The notes beneath the pieces were generated by a model. The model was not told the DNA's origin. It made no database searches and was given only the letters and a program-made list of their open reading frames with translations. DNA of 60,181 nucleotides from a virus (lineage: Duplodnaviria > Caudoviricetes): positions 1 through 60,181 of IMG/VR virus record IMGVR_UViG_3300025889_000126; one strand, given 5' to 3'. Numbering within the stretch: position 1 is the first letter of the stretch; every line of letters begins with the position of its first letter. Shown here in pieces: positions 34,348-44,450 of the stretch. Both the position numbers and the translations under genes were made by a program.

Positions 34348-35766
34348 TTATCCTGTTTTTGTTTTGTTATCCTCTTTATCTGCAACTGCAATTTTATTCA
34401 TTAGTGTCTTGAAATTCTCTAATACAGGTAGTAGGTTCTCTATATAGTGAGTCTTACTTTTGTTTATTGGCTTAATTCTTAAACCTTCTTTCTTTATTTT
34501 TTGCTCCGAAGCTTCTTCTGTTTTAAGCCCTTTAATTGTATTTGACTCTTCCTGTAGTCTCTCATTAGGCATACCAGTAGATATCATTAAAAATTGCTGT
34601 ACATTATTTGGAAGTCTATCATAATTTTCTATTAGGAAATTAAAATGATTTTGATTTACATTTTTCCCTGGACCTAATTGTCCATTGTTAATTAAGAAAA
34701 GCTCAGTAGCTCTTTTTTTTGCAATAACTTCTGAATAATCTTTAAGGTATTTTTTATCTGTTTCGTCATAAGGTAGTTTATCAACTAAATTATTTTCGTC
34801 TATTATCTTTTGTGCATAAGGAGTAATGTTATAATATGACTGATTCTCCTTTTTGCTTTTTAAGTCTGTTATATGAGATGCGTGTTCAAGCTCTTCGGCA
34901 CTAGTATAATATCCTTCTCTTTCATTTTTTAATGCTTTTTTTGATATCTCTATTTCTGTTGCATTCGGATATAACATATTTCCCTTCGCTACATATGCCT
35001 TCATTTTTCCTCTTTCGTCAGTACTAATATCTTTTAGTTCAACAGGAGTTGTAGTTACTCGTCCTACTCTATTTAAAGTTATACCTGATGCTGTTTTACT
35101 TTCTTCACCAGGTCTATATTCTTTGGTCTTATCTCCTGAATAGTCGCCAGTTGTATTGTATCCAATTCTTTTACTTTGCTCTACCTCGTTCCTTAATTTA
35201 CTTTGATATCCTTCACTGCCATAGATGGCTAATAAGTCTTTTACTACATCTTGTTGATTTGCGTCAAATTTAGTAGATTTTTCTTTATTTGCTACTACTG
35301 AATTGTAATAAACATTGTTTGGAATTAAATTAAATGGATCTACCATCCTTTTTGTTTTCAACCAATCAGGTGCATTTTCAACAACTTTTACATCCTCAGT
35401 AATATATTCTCCTTGCAATTCTCCTGCGGCTGGTGCATTAGGTGGCAATGCTTCTCCGATACTACTTCTATATTTATTTTGAGGGTCAACGGATTTTGCT
35501 CTTAATAATCTAGCTATAAAATTTTTAGGTGGCTCTTGTGGAGGTGATACTTCTTTAACTACTGTTGTTTGTTCTTTAGGTGTTCTACCTACTAACAAGC
35601 CAAATACATTTATATCATTTCCGTATCCGCTGCTTTTTGCAGATTCATATAACTTATTAAACGCCTCATCATTTGTCTGAATAAGGGAGATAAAATTCTC
35701 CTTAGGGTTTTGATAACCTTGACCCTTAGCGTATTCATATAAATAATCTACAGCTTTCTGATTCAT
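34348..35766 (-). CDS. putative internal virion protein with a zincin-like motif
   Basis: EELEHASH...YL..YSEV.A pattern; N-terminus resembles that of the giant protein. Confidence 0.5.
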   Translation of the reverse strand: MNQKAVDYLYEYAKGQGYQNPKENFISLIQTNDEAFNKLYESAKSSGYGNDINVFGLLVGRTPKEQTTVVKEVSPPQEPPKNFIARLLRAKSVDPQNKYRSSIGEALPPNAPAAGELQGEYITEDVKVVENAPDWLKTKRMVDPFNLIPNNVYYNSVVANKEKSTKFDANQQDVVKDLLAIYGSEGYQSKLRNEVEQSKRIGYNTTGDYSGDKTKEYRPGEESKTASGITLNRVGRVTTTPVELKDISTDERGKMKAYVAKGNMLYPNATEIEISKKALKNEREGYYTSAEELEHASHITDLKSKKENQSYYNITPYAQKIIDENNLVDKLPYDETDKKYLKDYSEVIAKKRATELFLINNGQLGPGKNVNQNHFNFLIENYDRLPNNVQQFLMISTGMPNERLQEESNTIKGLKTEEASEQKIKKEGLRIKPINKSKTHYIENLLPVLENFKTLMNKIAVADKEDNKTKTG

Positions 35767-35774
35767 ATTGTTTA

Positions 35775-36569
35775 TTATTTACCAGGAACTATTTGTCCAA
35801 ACAAGTCATATTGATTGACAAACTTTTTACCCTTGCCTATCATATATGACTCAAAGTCAGGATTAGTCATACCACCAACACCTAAGCCATACTTCTTGTC
35901 AATAGCTTGTTGGTATGTCATTGGCTTGCCATCAATCATATACTCAGCACCTAACTGTCCTGCAGCAGCTCTCTTATTGTACTCAGCCTGCTGTGCCCCA
36001 AACTTTTTACTTGCCTGAGTCTGCATATACAATGGCACCATCTCAGCAGCATATCCTGCCATCCCTGCTATGCCCTGAAAGCCTTGAGCCATTGCAGCTG
36101 TTCTTGCCTCCTGAGCGTCAGCAGCAGCCATCTGCGCACCCATAGCCTCACCCATATCTAACTGCACGTCTACGTCTCTTAGTCTTGACTCCTCAGTAGC
36201 TGACAATCTCTCAAGGTCCATAAGCTCCTTGCCCATCTCTGTTCTAATGCCTGCCTGTGCCTGGTTCTGCATAGCTTGTAGTCTACCTGCCGTTGCAGCA
36301 GCACCTCTATCAGCCTCTCTCGCTCCCTCTAATGCCTGAGCGCCTGAGGATAGCATCGCCTCTCTCTGTAGCTCGTACGGCTCCTTCTTGATTGCAAGTT
36401 GGTCGTAGTAGTTTACCTCTAGTTTTTTACGAGCCTCCTGCATAGCTTGGTCTGCCTTAGCCTGAGCCTCCTTCATCAATTGGTTCTGCTTAGCTGCCTG
36501 AGCAAATGACATACCGGTAGTGACTGCCGTTGTCCCTAACCCTATGATTGCTCCTGTAATTGCTCCCAT
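35775..36569 (-). CDS. Ala/Gln-rich internal virion (pilot/ejection) protein
   Basis: Gly/Ala hydrophobic N-terminus plus coiled coil; typical position after the tail genes. Confidence 0.6.
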   Translation of the reverse strand: MGAITGAIIGLGTTAVTTGMSFAQAAKQNQLMKEAQAKADQAMQEARKKLEVNYYDQLAIKKEPYELQREAMLSSGAQALEGAREADRGAAATAGRLQAMQNQAQAGIRTEMGKELMDLERLSATEESRLRDVDVQLDMGEAMGAQMAAADAQEARTAAMAQGFQGIAGMAGYAAEMVPLYMQTQASKKFGAQQAEYNKRAAAGQLGAEYMIDGKPMTYQQAIDKKYGLGVGGMTNPDFESYMIGKGKKFVNQYDLFGQIVPGK

Positions 36570-36571
36570 AT

Positions 36572-36985
36572 TTATAGAATTTTTATCATCTCACCAACAT
36601 ACTCATCGCCTTTGACATAGCCGATCTCTTTGTATGTGTCAATAAGACTTTTGTTTTTAATCAGTGCGTAACAATACTCGTTTCCCAAGTTTTTACTTAT
36701 CTCTGTCAAAGTTGATACTAATAGCATAATCGCTTCCTTACGCATTGGCTTTTTGGTATACTTTCTACTTGAGATTATCCAATCTACCCATGACACCTTT
36801 GAGTTTGTCATGTACATAAACCCTGCGCAAATAGGCGTATTGCCATCGTAAACTATAACACCACCAGTACCATCATCAGGCAAGAAAGCCCTTGTTGGTG
36901 GGGTCCATTCCCACTCTTTCCACCACTCTACTAGTATGGTGTCGTAGTCATCCATTGTCAATGGTCTTATAGTTAACTCTTCCAT
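36572..36985 (-). CDS. GNAT-fold acetyltransferase-like protein
   Basis: IRPL...Y, PICAGFMY, WVDWIIS, LIDTYKEIGY; such genes commonly precede podovirus ejection genes. Confidence 0.55.
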   Translation of the reverse strand: MEELTIRPLTMDDYDTILVEWWKEWEWTPPTRAFLPDDGTGGVIVYDGNTPICAGFMYMTNSKVSWVDWIISSRKYTKKPMRKEAIMLLVSTLTEISKNLGNEYCYALIKNKSLIDTYKEIGYVKGDEYVGEMIKIL

Positions 36986-36995
36986 AAACACAAAA

Positions 36996-37844
36996 TTATG
37001 GAAAACTTTTCATAACTTCAGACTCTACAGCAAATAATTCTATCTTTGACACAGAAGAATTTTCAATCTCAAATACACAATAGTGTCCAAGCACCCCATG
37101 AGATTCAGCCACTGAGTCCTTAGTATAAAAGAAATAAGCGTCTTGTACTGGTATTGGCGTAGTCCCTGGTATCGTAATATCAATAACAATCTGATTGATG
37201 CCAAGTTTATAATTCTTGTTAATTTGTAATATTCTTCCTGCTAAAAATTGAGTTGTTGATGGCAGTATTGTAAAGTATAACACATCCCCAATGCTCATAA
37301 TATTGCCAAGGTCAACTAGTGGTGATATAGAGAAGTCGATAGTATCCCCTGCTACATTTACCTGATAGCTCTTACCAATGCCATTCGTACTACGGATCGC
37401 TAGCTCACCGCTGTCATTGTTCCGAACAAATGCAAAGTATGACTGCTCCTTCTTCTCAAACCAAGTGTCAAGGATATAGCCAGAGTCTTGTATGTCCGTG
37501 TAGAGTATCGCACTCCATGTTGCATCACCCTCAAGATTAAGCGTCTTAAATAGTTTATTCTCAAGAGGAACTGTATTAAATACACTCTTCATTCTTGTTG
37601 GCGTAAATGCTGCTGTGGCATCACCAAGTGTAAACCACCATTGTTCGTAGAACGTATTCTTTTTAGTATTGACATTATGCCTATAGAGATTGCCTCCCTT
37701 AAATGTGTAGAAGTATTGATTCATACCTATCATCCACTCAGGATTATATGAGTAGAATGACACCCATCCCGATACAGCATTGCTGAACGTAAGAGTATAA
37801 AAGTTCTCTATAGGTATAGACTTTACTGTCTCTTCTTTTCCCAT
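36996..37844 (-). CDS. tail stabilisation/muzzle-like protein, C-terminal module
   Basis: TLTFS..VSGWVSFYSY.PE...YTFKGGNLYRHN, K.FKTLNLEG, KKE..YFA, ELFAVESE. Confidence 0.6.
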   Translation of the reverse strand: MGKEETVKSIPIENFYTLTFSNAVSGWVSFYSYNPEWMIGMNQYFYTFKGGNLYRHNVNTKKNTFYEQWWFTLGDATAAFTPTRMKSVFNTVPLENKLFKTLNLEGDATWSAILYTDIQDSGYILDTWFEKKEQSYFAFVRNNDSGELAIRSTNGIGKSYQVNVAGDTIDFSISPLVDLGNIMSIGDVLYFTILPSTTQFLAGRILQINKNYKLGINQIVIDITIPGTTPIPVQDAYFFYTKDSVAESHGVLGHYCVFEIENSSVSKIELFAVESEVMKSFP

Positions 37845-37854
37845 TATTTATTTT

Positions 37855-38787
37855 TTAAGCTGCGCAATATGAATGAAATGCAATGATTATTCCGTCCTGT
37901 ACTTGGAACGTGTCGTATGGTGCCGGAACTGGCAATGCTCTATAGTAACCGTCAGGCAATACTGTCGCTCCGCTGCTATCCAAGAACACCCAATCGTATA
38001 GCCCTAACGTGATGCCATCGCCATTGACAGGTGCTACATAATAGGTATAATTGTATGGGAAATTACAGAAGAACTCAGGCGATACTGATGTTACTCCATA
38101 GGTCCCCAAAAATGATGGTAGCTCTAATGGACATGAGATACCGACAACAGCCTCAGAGTCAGGACATATTCCTACAATTGTAACGGTAATATACCTCTCA
38201 GATGCGTTTGTCTTTGGTATAACCATTACGCATAAGTCAGGATTGCCTGCTGTTAGTTGCACCTCACCAGCAGATACTGTAATGCTTGTGGTGCCAACAG
38301 GTGTATAGGCGGTCCCATCCCAATCGTACAAGTCAAGACTTACAGGAGTCCCAATACTAATGCAATCATTAGGTATATCACCTATGTATGTGAATGAGGT
38401 ACTTGGCATTCCTGCAAGCAGCCCAAATCCTTGAGAGCTTAATTGATTATACGTAACAGAGTCATAGTCAACCTTTATGCCATTGACTGTACTGTTAACA
38501 GCTACGGTTACAATAACCGCTCCTACTGACGTTGGAGTATCTCCTGCATCAAATGTAATGGTATATACACCCTGAAGTGATGGAGCCTCTACTGCATCCT
38601 TACACTCAGTGCCGCAGGTAGGACAAGCCTCCGCTGGTAGCAATACACCACCAACTTGCTGCCTTGCTGTGACACCATCAAAGTAGTATCCATCAGGTGC
38701 AGCTGTAGTAAGCCCTGGGTCTAAGAATACAGTAGTTGCTGCTGCTAATGTTGGGCAATTTAAGTAAAATGTTTGTTGTGTTGGCAT
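37855..38787 (-). CDS. structural (tail-associated) protein
   Basis: Two related modules (APDGYY / LPDGYY); beta-rich. Confidence 0.6.
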   Translation of the reverse strand: MPTQQTFYLNCPTLAAATTVFLDPGLTTAAPDGYYFDGVTARQQVGGVLLPAEACPTCGTECKDAVEAPSLQGVYTITFDAGDTPTSVGAVIVTVAVNSTVNGIKVDYDSVTYNQLSSQGFGLLAGMPSTSFTYIGDIPNDCISIGTPVSLDLYDWDGTAYTPVGTTSITVSAGEVQLTAGNPDLCVMVIPKTNASERYITVTIVGICPDSEAVVGISCPLELPSFLGTYGVTSVSPEFFCNFPYNYTYYVAPVNGDGITLGLYDWVFLDSSGATVLPDGYYRALPVPAPYDTFQVQDGIIIAFHSYCAA

Positions 38788-38796
38788 AATTTATTT

Positions 38797-41700
38797 TTAA
38801 GTTCCGCAAGAGCAACTCTCCATATAAATAACTGGATTGCCTTGAATTACAATATAGTTATCTTTGTCGTTTGGTATACACAAGCTTATTGACGAGTTAG
38901 GAGCTAATATTTCTGTGTGCGTTTCAGGTGATCCGCATAAGCCAAGAGGGAACTCTATAATTGCATCCTCAGTTGCAGTTTTTGGATTCAAGAATAAATA
39001 TGAGTTGCACTCAGATATACATGGCTCACAATTGCAACATACCTCATCAAGTGCCGTAGGGTGATAGCAAAGCTGCACACCAATAGATGAGCGTAGGTCC
39101 CATATAGCGTACAGATACTGCCCATCAACTGTTGGAGGAACTGTAAACGCAGCATTATAGATTCCAGTAGAAGGATTGACAATAGGTGTAGCTGTGCTTG
39201 AGAATGATAGCATTGTCTGCATATCAAAGTCATTATTACCATACAGTATATTTGACCTTAGATACCTAAACTTGTTCTGTCCTGGGTCAAAGTTATATGA
39301 CACATATGGTGGTGTCTCATTTATCTGTAATGTCATTAGCGCTCCCTCTGGTGGCAGGTTACCTTGTCCCTCAAAGCCATTCGTTGCAAGGTAGTATGAC
39401 ACCAATGGGTTATTTGTCCCTGATGCAAAGATAAAGAAGTTTGATTGTGTGGGTGATGTGTATGTACCATTGACATAACTAAATTGTTTTAGTGTCGTCA
39501 ATCCTGCATCGCAGTCATCTGTTAATACCACCTCTACAAGTGTCATTGGTATAGGCACTGGGCATCCAACAGTTATACTAAGCACAACATTGCCTGTGAC
39601 CTTAATATTAACATCTCCTGTAGATGGCGACTGCGTATTCTTAAAGAAGTCAAAATATCCTGATGTCGTTTGATTCCCTGATGTATAAGTAATGCCGTCA
39701 TACTTTACATCAATAACAAATGTTGTTCCTGGGTCAATACTTTGTACTATCCAATCTACATTTACTGGGCCTACTTTAGTGTCAAAGTTTACACAAAATT
39801 CAGACATAACCTCTAGTTTCCCTTGGGCAAAAGTAAATGTCCTAGTAATACCACATTTGATACATTCCTCTTCCATTGGTATCTCTCTGTCGTTCAGCGT
39901 TAGCACATACTCATTCATGTATGGGTCGAATGCTCCGAGCTTTTGGTTGTTGAACCTTGCAATGAACTCATCTCTAAACCATGTCCTCATATTCATATCA
40001 GAGATGACTGCGAGCTGCTCATTAGAGTATGAGTTGCCTCTGAGCTGTATTACTGCACCTCTTTTAGCATCAGTAAAGAACTTGTCATAGCCCCACTTAG
40101 AGTAGCTCTCAGGGTTGAAGCTTATGCCATAGTTCTCGACTCTCGCTATCTGTGTACCCAATACCTCAGGCACTGATGTGATAGCACCACCGGCAGCAGC
40201 ATCAGATAATAAGTTTTTGCCTGCAAGGACGTATGACACCTTATCCTCTTGTAGGACTAGCACGTCAGTTTCTCGACCATCAAGGATGTATATGGCTCCG
40301 AATGACAACTCAAGGTTCTTATAGTTGAGCAATGCTCCATTGAACTCATTGAGCTTATTGACGTTGGTCTCAGGGTTGTACACACCACTATAGGTGATGT
40401 CAGCAAAGCGTCTTGACTCTTTGTAGTCTTGAGCAGCTACTGTTGTCACCCTGTTGCCAAGGTTAAAGTCTCTGCCGATAATTGAGTCTCTTATCTTGTA
40501 GCTCTCGGCACCATTACCAAAAGCGAAGCAGTTGAAGAACCCTGTTTGGATTATTGCAGGGACGCCTAAGCTTATGTCTTGCGATTGGTCTCCTGCTGAT
40601 CCATTTGACAAGTGATTACCAGACTTATCAATCGGAAACGATAGATTGTTCTCGAAGAATACATCAGGTAGGGTATCTGTTGGTTGAGTCTCAAATATAA
40701 TTGACTCCGCTGTTCTAAAGACAGTAATGTTTGCAATTACTCTTGATTTTCTTTTTTGAGTTGAACCACAAGCCCAAGTTCCTGACATATATAATTCTAA
40801 AGCTCCAGTTATTGGATGCAGATAAAATCGCCAATAGTTATCACATAGTTGACCTGATGTGATTGTTCCATTAGTAGGAATAAAAATATTATTTACAGGA
40901 CAAGCGCCTCCTCCAACTTCTTGATCACCATCATTTAAAGTGCTTGCTATGTTATCACCTATAAACCAAGCTTCCATGTCTGCATAATTAGAAGATGATG
41001 TATAAGTCTTTTTTAATGTATATATCCTCTTCTCGCAAGCATTACCTCCAAACCCTGTTCTCTCAAATCTTATATCAAATACGATAACGGTCCCTGCATC
41101 AACAGAATATGGTATATAAAATCCTGGGTTTGATGGGTCTTCTAAACTCATTGGATATGCCAATATAGGTGACGTTCCAGAAGTTGAACTTACTGCCGTA
41201 AGTGTACCAAATTCTATCGTAGAATATGATAATGGATTTACAGAGAATCCATTAGCCTTTATTTTCATATAAACACCAGCCGGAGGAGTTGGTGTAATCA
41301 AAGGATCAAAACCAGATTGCTTCGCCTCCTTCTCTAATACAGTTGCATACACGCAAGTTTGCATTGCCCCCTCGCTATCTGCCTTTACAATTAACCTATC
41401 TCCCTCTTCTACTTTTCTTGGATTCTCCCCTTGTAGTAAAAAGTATGTTTCTTGAGTAGAGCTATTTGTAAAAAATATACTTGAGTAAATAGTCTCATAT
41501 CCTGCTTGATTCGCCTTGCATACAAATTTATATCTCTTAGCCCAATAAGGAGCAACTTGTGTTGTTGGTATTGTTACAGTAATTGAGTTTACAAGAGATG
41601 AATAACTACATGGAATATGAACAGTATTTAATGAACTTACATTTGTCAAAGTTGACCTGCCAAACTCATCCATGTAAACGATACCAATCTCATAATCTCT

Positions 41701-43470
41701 ATTACTGTGTAGGCTCTTTTGGCTTGATAAGTCTTGCAATTGAACACTAGCGTTCTTAATGGTTCCAAACAGTGCTACTAAGTCAAATGGTGGCGTTTGA
41801 GTATAGTCATAATACACAATAGCCAAAAACTGCAAAGAAAAGATATTGCTACTTGGAGACGCTGTTATTGCTATTGGCTCTCCATTTGCTGTGATTCCGC
41901 TCTCGTATTTAATCCCATTGTATCCAAAAAATGAAAAGAACTGGGGCCAAGCACAATTATATATATCAGTAAATGTTAGCCCATCGCAAGAATCGTCACC
42001 TCCAGGAATTGGATTATATATAGGTTTTATATTTGTCGCTGTTCCTATTGCTTGCTGAAACTCTATACTTGTTGCTAATTGATAAGGTGAACTATAACTT
42101 ATCGGTAGAGTAAACGTAAAGCTTACACTTACATCATAACCAAAAGTAGAGAAAGTATTAAAGGTTATATCAAATGATAATATTCTTCCTTGTAGTAATG
42201 GTATTCCTGTTAGGTCTATATCTAATTGAGTGTCAGGCCTAGTACAAGGAGGAGAGCAAGGATTAAAAGCAGTATTCGAAAGAGGTAAAGAGCTATCGCT
42301 AGTACTAGATGTTATATCATTAGTTCCTATAAATTCAGATACCAATTCAGTAGTATAATCAAATCTTACATCTTGGCCATTACTATCAACTATATCATAT
42401 CCATCAACATAGTTTCCATACATCAATCTATTGCCCATAATTGTCTGAGCCTTAGCGAGTCTTGGGACATTGTCATAAAGTCTTAATAGTTCTGACTCTG
42501 GAAGTATGGTAAAAATTTTATTATTTACAAATAGATATGTTTGAATAGTATTGTCTGTCCATCCAACATTCTGCTTATCAAATCTCTCTATTACTTTTAT
42601 AATATTGCCTGTAGCATCCTTATACAATAAGTCAATACCAACAACTAATGGACCACCTGTATTAAAGCTTACATTAACAGCATTATACTTATTTTCCATT
42701 CCCTGATTAAGGAAGCTGTTTGTGCTAAACTGAAAAGAACTTGGCTCAAACGCAACCTCTGACCATTGAGATGTAGCTGTATATTCTCCATCGATGTATT
42801 TATACCTATAAGCAAAGCATAAAAATCTGTCCTCTAAATAATTTTCTTGACCTGTCACCTCTACTAAGCTTATTGTTGGCGCTTCGGTAGGTGGCTTTTT
42901 AATGACAAGGATTGTCTCCCTTAACAGGTCAGGTTGTCCATTATAGTCAATCCCTGTCCCATCAGGATTAGCGTAGCCCCTATTGATATTGATAAACCTA
43001 GGCTGATTATAGTCGTCAGTCCAAAATAATAAGTCCTCAACAATATCAACCCCTGTAATCAAATAGTCAGGGTTAAAATTCAATGTAGTATTTATACCTG
43101 TCCCATCGTCCATACTAACAATATGATATGTCAATATCTGAGACACCATATTAAAAGAAACCACTAGGTCAATCTTACCAGTTGGAGAGGTGGCAAAGTT
43201 CGAGTCATGCACAAACCAATACAATGTCTCCCTTGCGCTGTCATTGATAGCCCCTATACATCTAGCATCAGTACTTAATGAATTGCCATCATAAGCTAAT
43301 GCAGTCAATGGCAAGTTACCATTCGTATTCTCAATGACTCCTGCCTCTGACTTCTCTGTCGATCCCATCCTGACATTCATAGCGTCAATGTACTCCCCAT
43401 CAGGGACCACTCGCTCATCGAATGTCTTATTCATTTTACCGGCAATAAAGTTCCTCGTAAAATTCGCCAT
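38797..43470 (-). CDS. tail stabilisation/muzzle-like protein
   Basis: GKMNK..DER.VPDGEY.DA.N; LLFWTDD.NQPR.IN; NRLMYGNY; GIVYMD.FGR; YGIS.NPES; FTD.KRG. Confidence 0.7.
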   Translation of the reverse strand: MANFTRNFIAGKMNKTFDERVVPDGEYIDAMNVRMGSTEKSEAGVIENTNGNLPLTALAYDGNSLSTDARCIGAINDSARETLYWFVHDSNFATSPTGKIDLVVSFNMVSQILTYHIVSMDDGTGINTTLNFNPDYLITGVDIVEDLLFWTDDYNQPRFININRGYANPDGTGIDYNGQPDLLRETILVIKKPPTEAPTISLVEVTGQENYLEDRFLCFAYRYKYIDGEYTATSQWSEVAFEPSSFQFSTNSFLNQGMENKYNAVNVSFNTGGPLVVGIDLLYKDATGNIIKVIERFDKQNVGWTDNTIQTYLFVNNKIFTILPESELLRLYDNVPRLAKAQTIMGNRLMYGNYVDGYDIVDSNGQDVRFDYTTELVSEFIGTNDITSSTSDSSLPLSNTAFNPCSPPCTRPDTQLDIDLTGIPLLQGRILSFDITFNTFSTFGYDVSVSFTFTLPISYSSPYQLATSIEFQQAIGTATNIKPIYNPIPGGDDSCDGLTFTDIYNCAWPQFFSFFGYNGIKYESGITANGEPIAITASPSSNIFSLQFLAIVYYDYTQTPPFDLVALFGTIKNASVQLQDLSSQKSLHSNRDYEIGIVYMDEFGRSTLTNVSSLNTVHIPCSYSSLVNSITVTIPTTQVAPYWAKRYKFVCKANQAGYETIYSSIFFTNSSTQETYFLLQGENPRKVEEGDRLIVKADSEGAMQTCVYATVLEKEAKQSGFDPLITPTPPAGVYMKIKANGFSVNPLSYSTIEFGTLTAVSSTSGTSPILAYPMSLEDPSNPGFYIPYSVDAGTVIVFDIRFERTGFGGNACEKRIYTLKKTYTSSSNYADMEAWFIGDNIASTLNDGDQEVGGGACPVNNIFIPTNGTITSGQLCDNYWRFYLHPITGALELYMSGTWACGSTQKRKSRVIANITVFRTAESIIFETQPTDTLPDVFFENNLSFPIDKSGNHLSNGSAGDQSQDISLGVPAIIQTGFFNCFAFGNGAESYKIRDSIIGRDFNLGNRVTTVAAQDYKESRRFADITYSGVYNPETNVNKLNEFNGALLNYKNLELSFGAIYILDGRETDVLVLQEDKVSYVLAGKNLLSDAAAGGAITSVPEVLGTQIARVENYGISFNPESYSKWGYDKFFTDAKRGAVIQLRGNSYSNEQLAVISDMNMRTWFRDEFIARFNNQKLGAFDPYMNEYVLTLNDREIPMEEECIKCGITRTFTFAQGKLEVMSEFCVNFDTKVGPVNVDWIVQSIDPGTTFVIDVKYDGITYTSGNQTTSGYFDFFKNTQSPSTGDVNIKVTGNVVLSITVGCPVPIPMTLVEVVLTDDCDAGLTTLKQFSYVNGTYTSPTQSNFFIFASGTNNPLVSYYLATNGFEGQGNLPPEGALMTLQINETPPYVSYNFDPGQNKFRYLRSNILYGNNDFDMQTMLSFSSTATPIVNPSTGIYNAAFTVPPTVDGQYLYAIWDLRSSIGVQLCYHPTALDEVCCNCEPCISECNSYLFLNPKTATEDAIIEFPLGLCGSPETHTEILAPNSSISLCIPNDKDNYIVIQGNPVIYMESCSCGT

Positions 43471-43472
43471 TG

Positions 43473-44447
43473 TTATTTGATTATCTTATCCATTCCTCTC
43501 ATATTCATTAAGAGCCTTCCTGGATGAATGTTGCTAATTCTTATTTTTGCATTTCTCAAAAGCGCCTGCTTCTCCTTTCTCGCTCTAGCCACAATATACT
43601 CTTGTACACCAAGCTTGCTATTCAGTATCTCATATCTGATATAAGCATACACGTACTGCTCAAACAATTTATTTACCGAGATAGCTGAGTTGTCACCATT
43701 CTCCATGCCATCGCTCACATACTCAAGAATAACTGTTGAAGAGAGATTGTGATGGTGGTTTGGGTTGTTATTATTATTGTAGTGGTTATAACCTAAAATT
43801 GCGCTGTCAAAGTTTATCACCCCTGCCTTCTTGTCAATATTAAACGTAGGATTGCGATTAGCTGTCTCAGTATTGAGACCAAATCTAGCACCTATGCTAT
43901 GCTCAAAATACCAATTACCATCACAACAATAGCCCTCATGTCCATCGAATTGATGACCATGATTGAGATAAATACTCTTCTTTGTTCCTTTAATTCGATC
44001 GTAGTCAATGTTGGAAAACTGTGGCTCTAAGATATTGCCATTTTGGTCAAATAGAATATTGCAGTCATTATCCTGCAAATATGCTTTTGATGATAGTGTT
44101 TGAATATTCTCAGAAAGAGGTAACAGAGTTCCATTAACATAAAGCGAGATACGCACCCAGTTGACAAAGTCATGAGGCAGCACATAGCGTAGTTGATCGC
44201 AGACGCTAAGCTCTAGGACTTTAATCTCCTTGAATGCATCATAGTTCAACTCTTGGATGGCTCTCTTTGCGTGGAACAATATCTTATACCGCTCCTCATT
44301 ATTAACCAATGAGTGATTGCCAGTGTACATCAACTGAAAGTTGTTGACGATGTCAAATAGGCTAACATACTGATACGACCCCCAATTGGCATCCGTTGGA
44401 TTATTGCCATTGTTGGTGTAGTATTGGAAATTTGATATATATGCCAT
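43473..44447 (-). CDS. structural (ring/adaptor) protein
   Basis: HAKRAIQELNYD, LPHDFVNWVRI, LEYVSDG; in the head-tail module. Confidence 0.6.
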   Translation of the reverse strand: MAYISNFQYYTNNGNNPTDANWGSYQYVSLFDIVNNFQLMYTGNHSLVNNEERYKILFHAKRAIQELNYDAFKEIKVLELSVCDQLRYVLPHDFVNWVRISLYVNGTLLPLSENIQTLSSKAYLQDNDCNILFDQNGNILEPQFSNIDYDRIKGTKKSIYLNHGHQFDGHEGYCCDGNWYFEHSIGARFGLNTETANRNPTFNIDKKAGVINFDSAILGYNHYNNNNNPNHHHNLSSTVILEYVSDGMENGDNSAISVNKLFEQYVYAYIRYEILNSKLGVQEYIVARARKEKQALLRNAKIRISNIHPGRLLMNMRGMDKIIK

Positions 44448-44450
44448 CTG

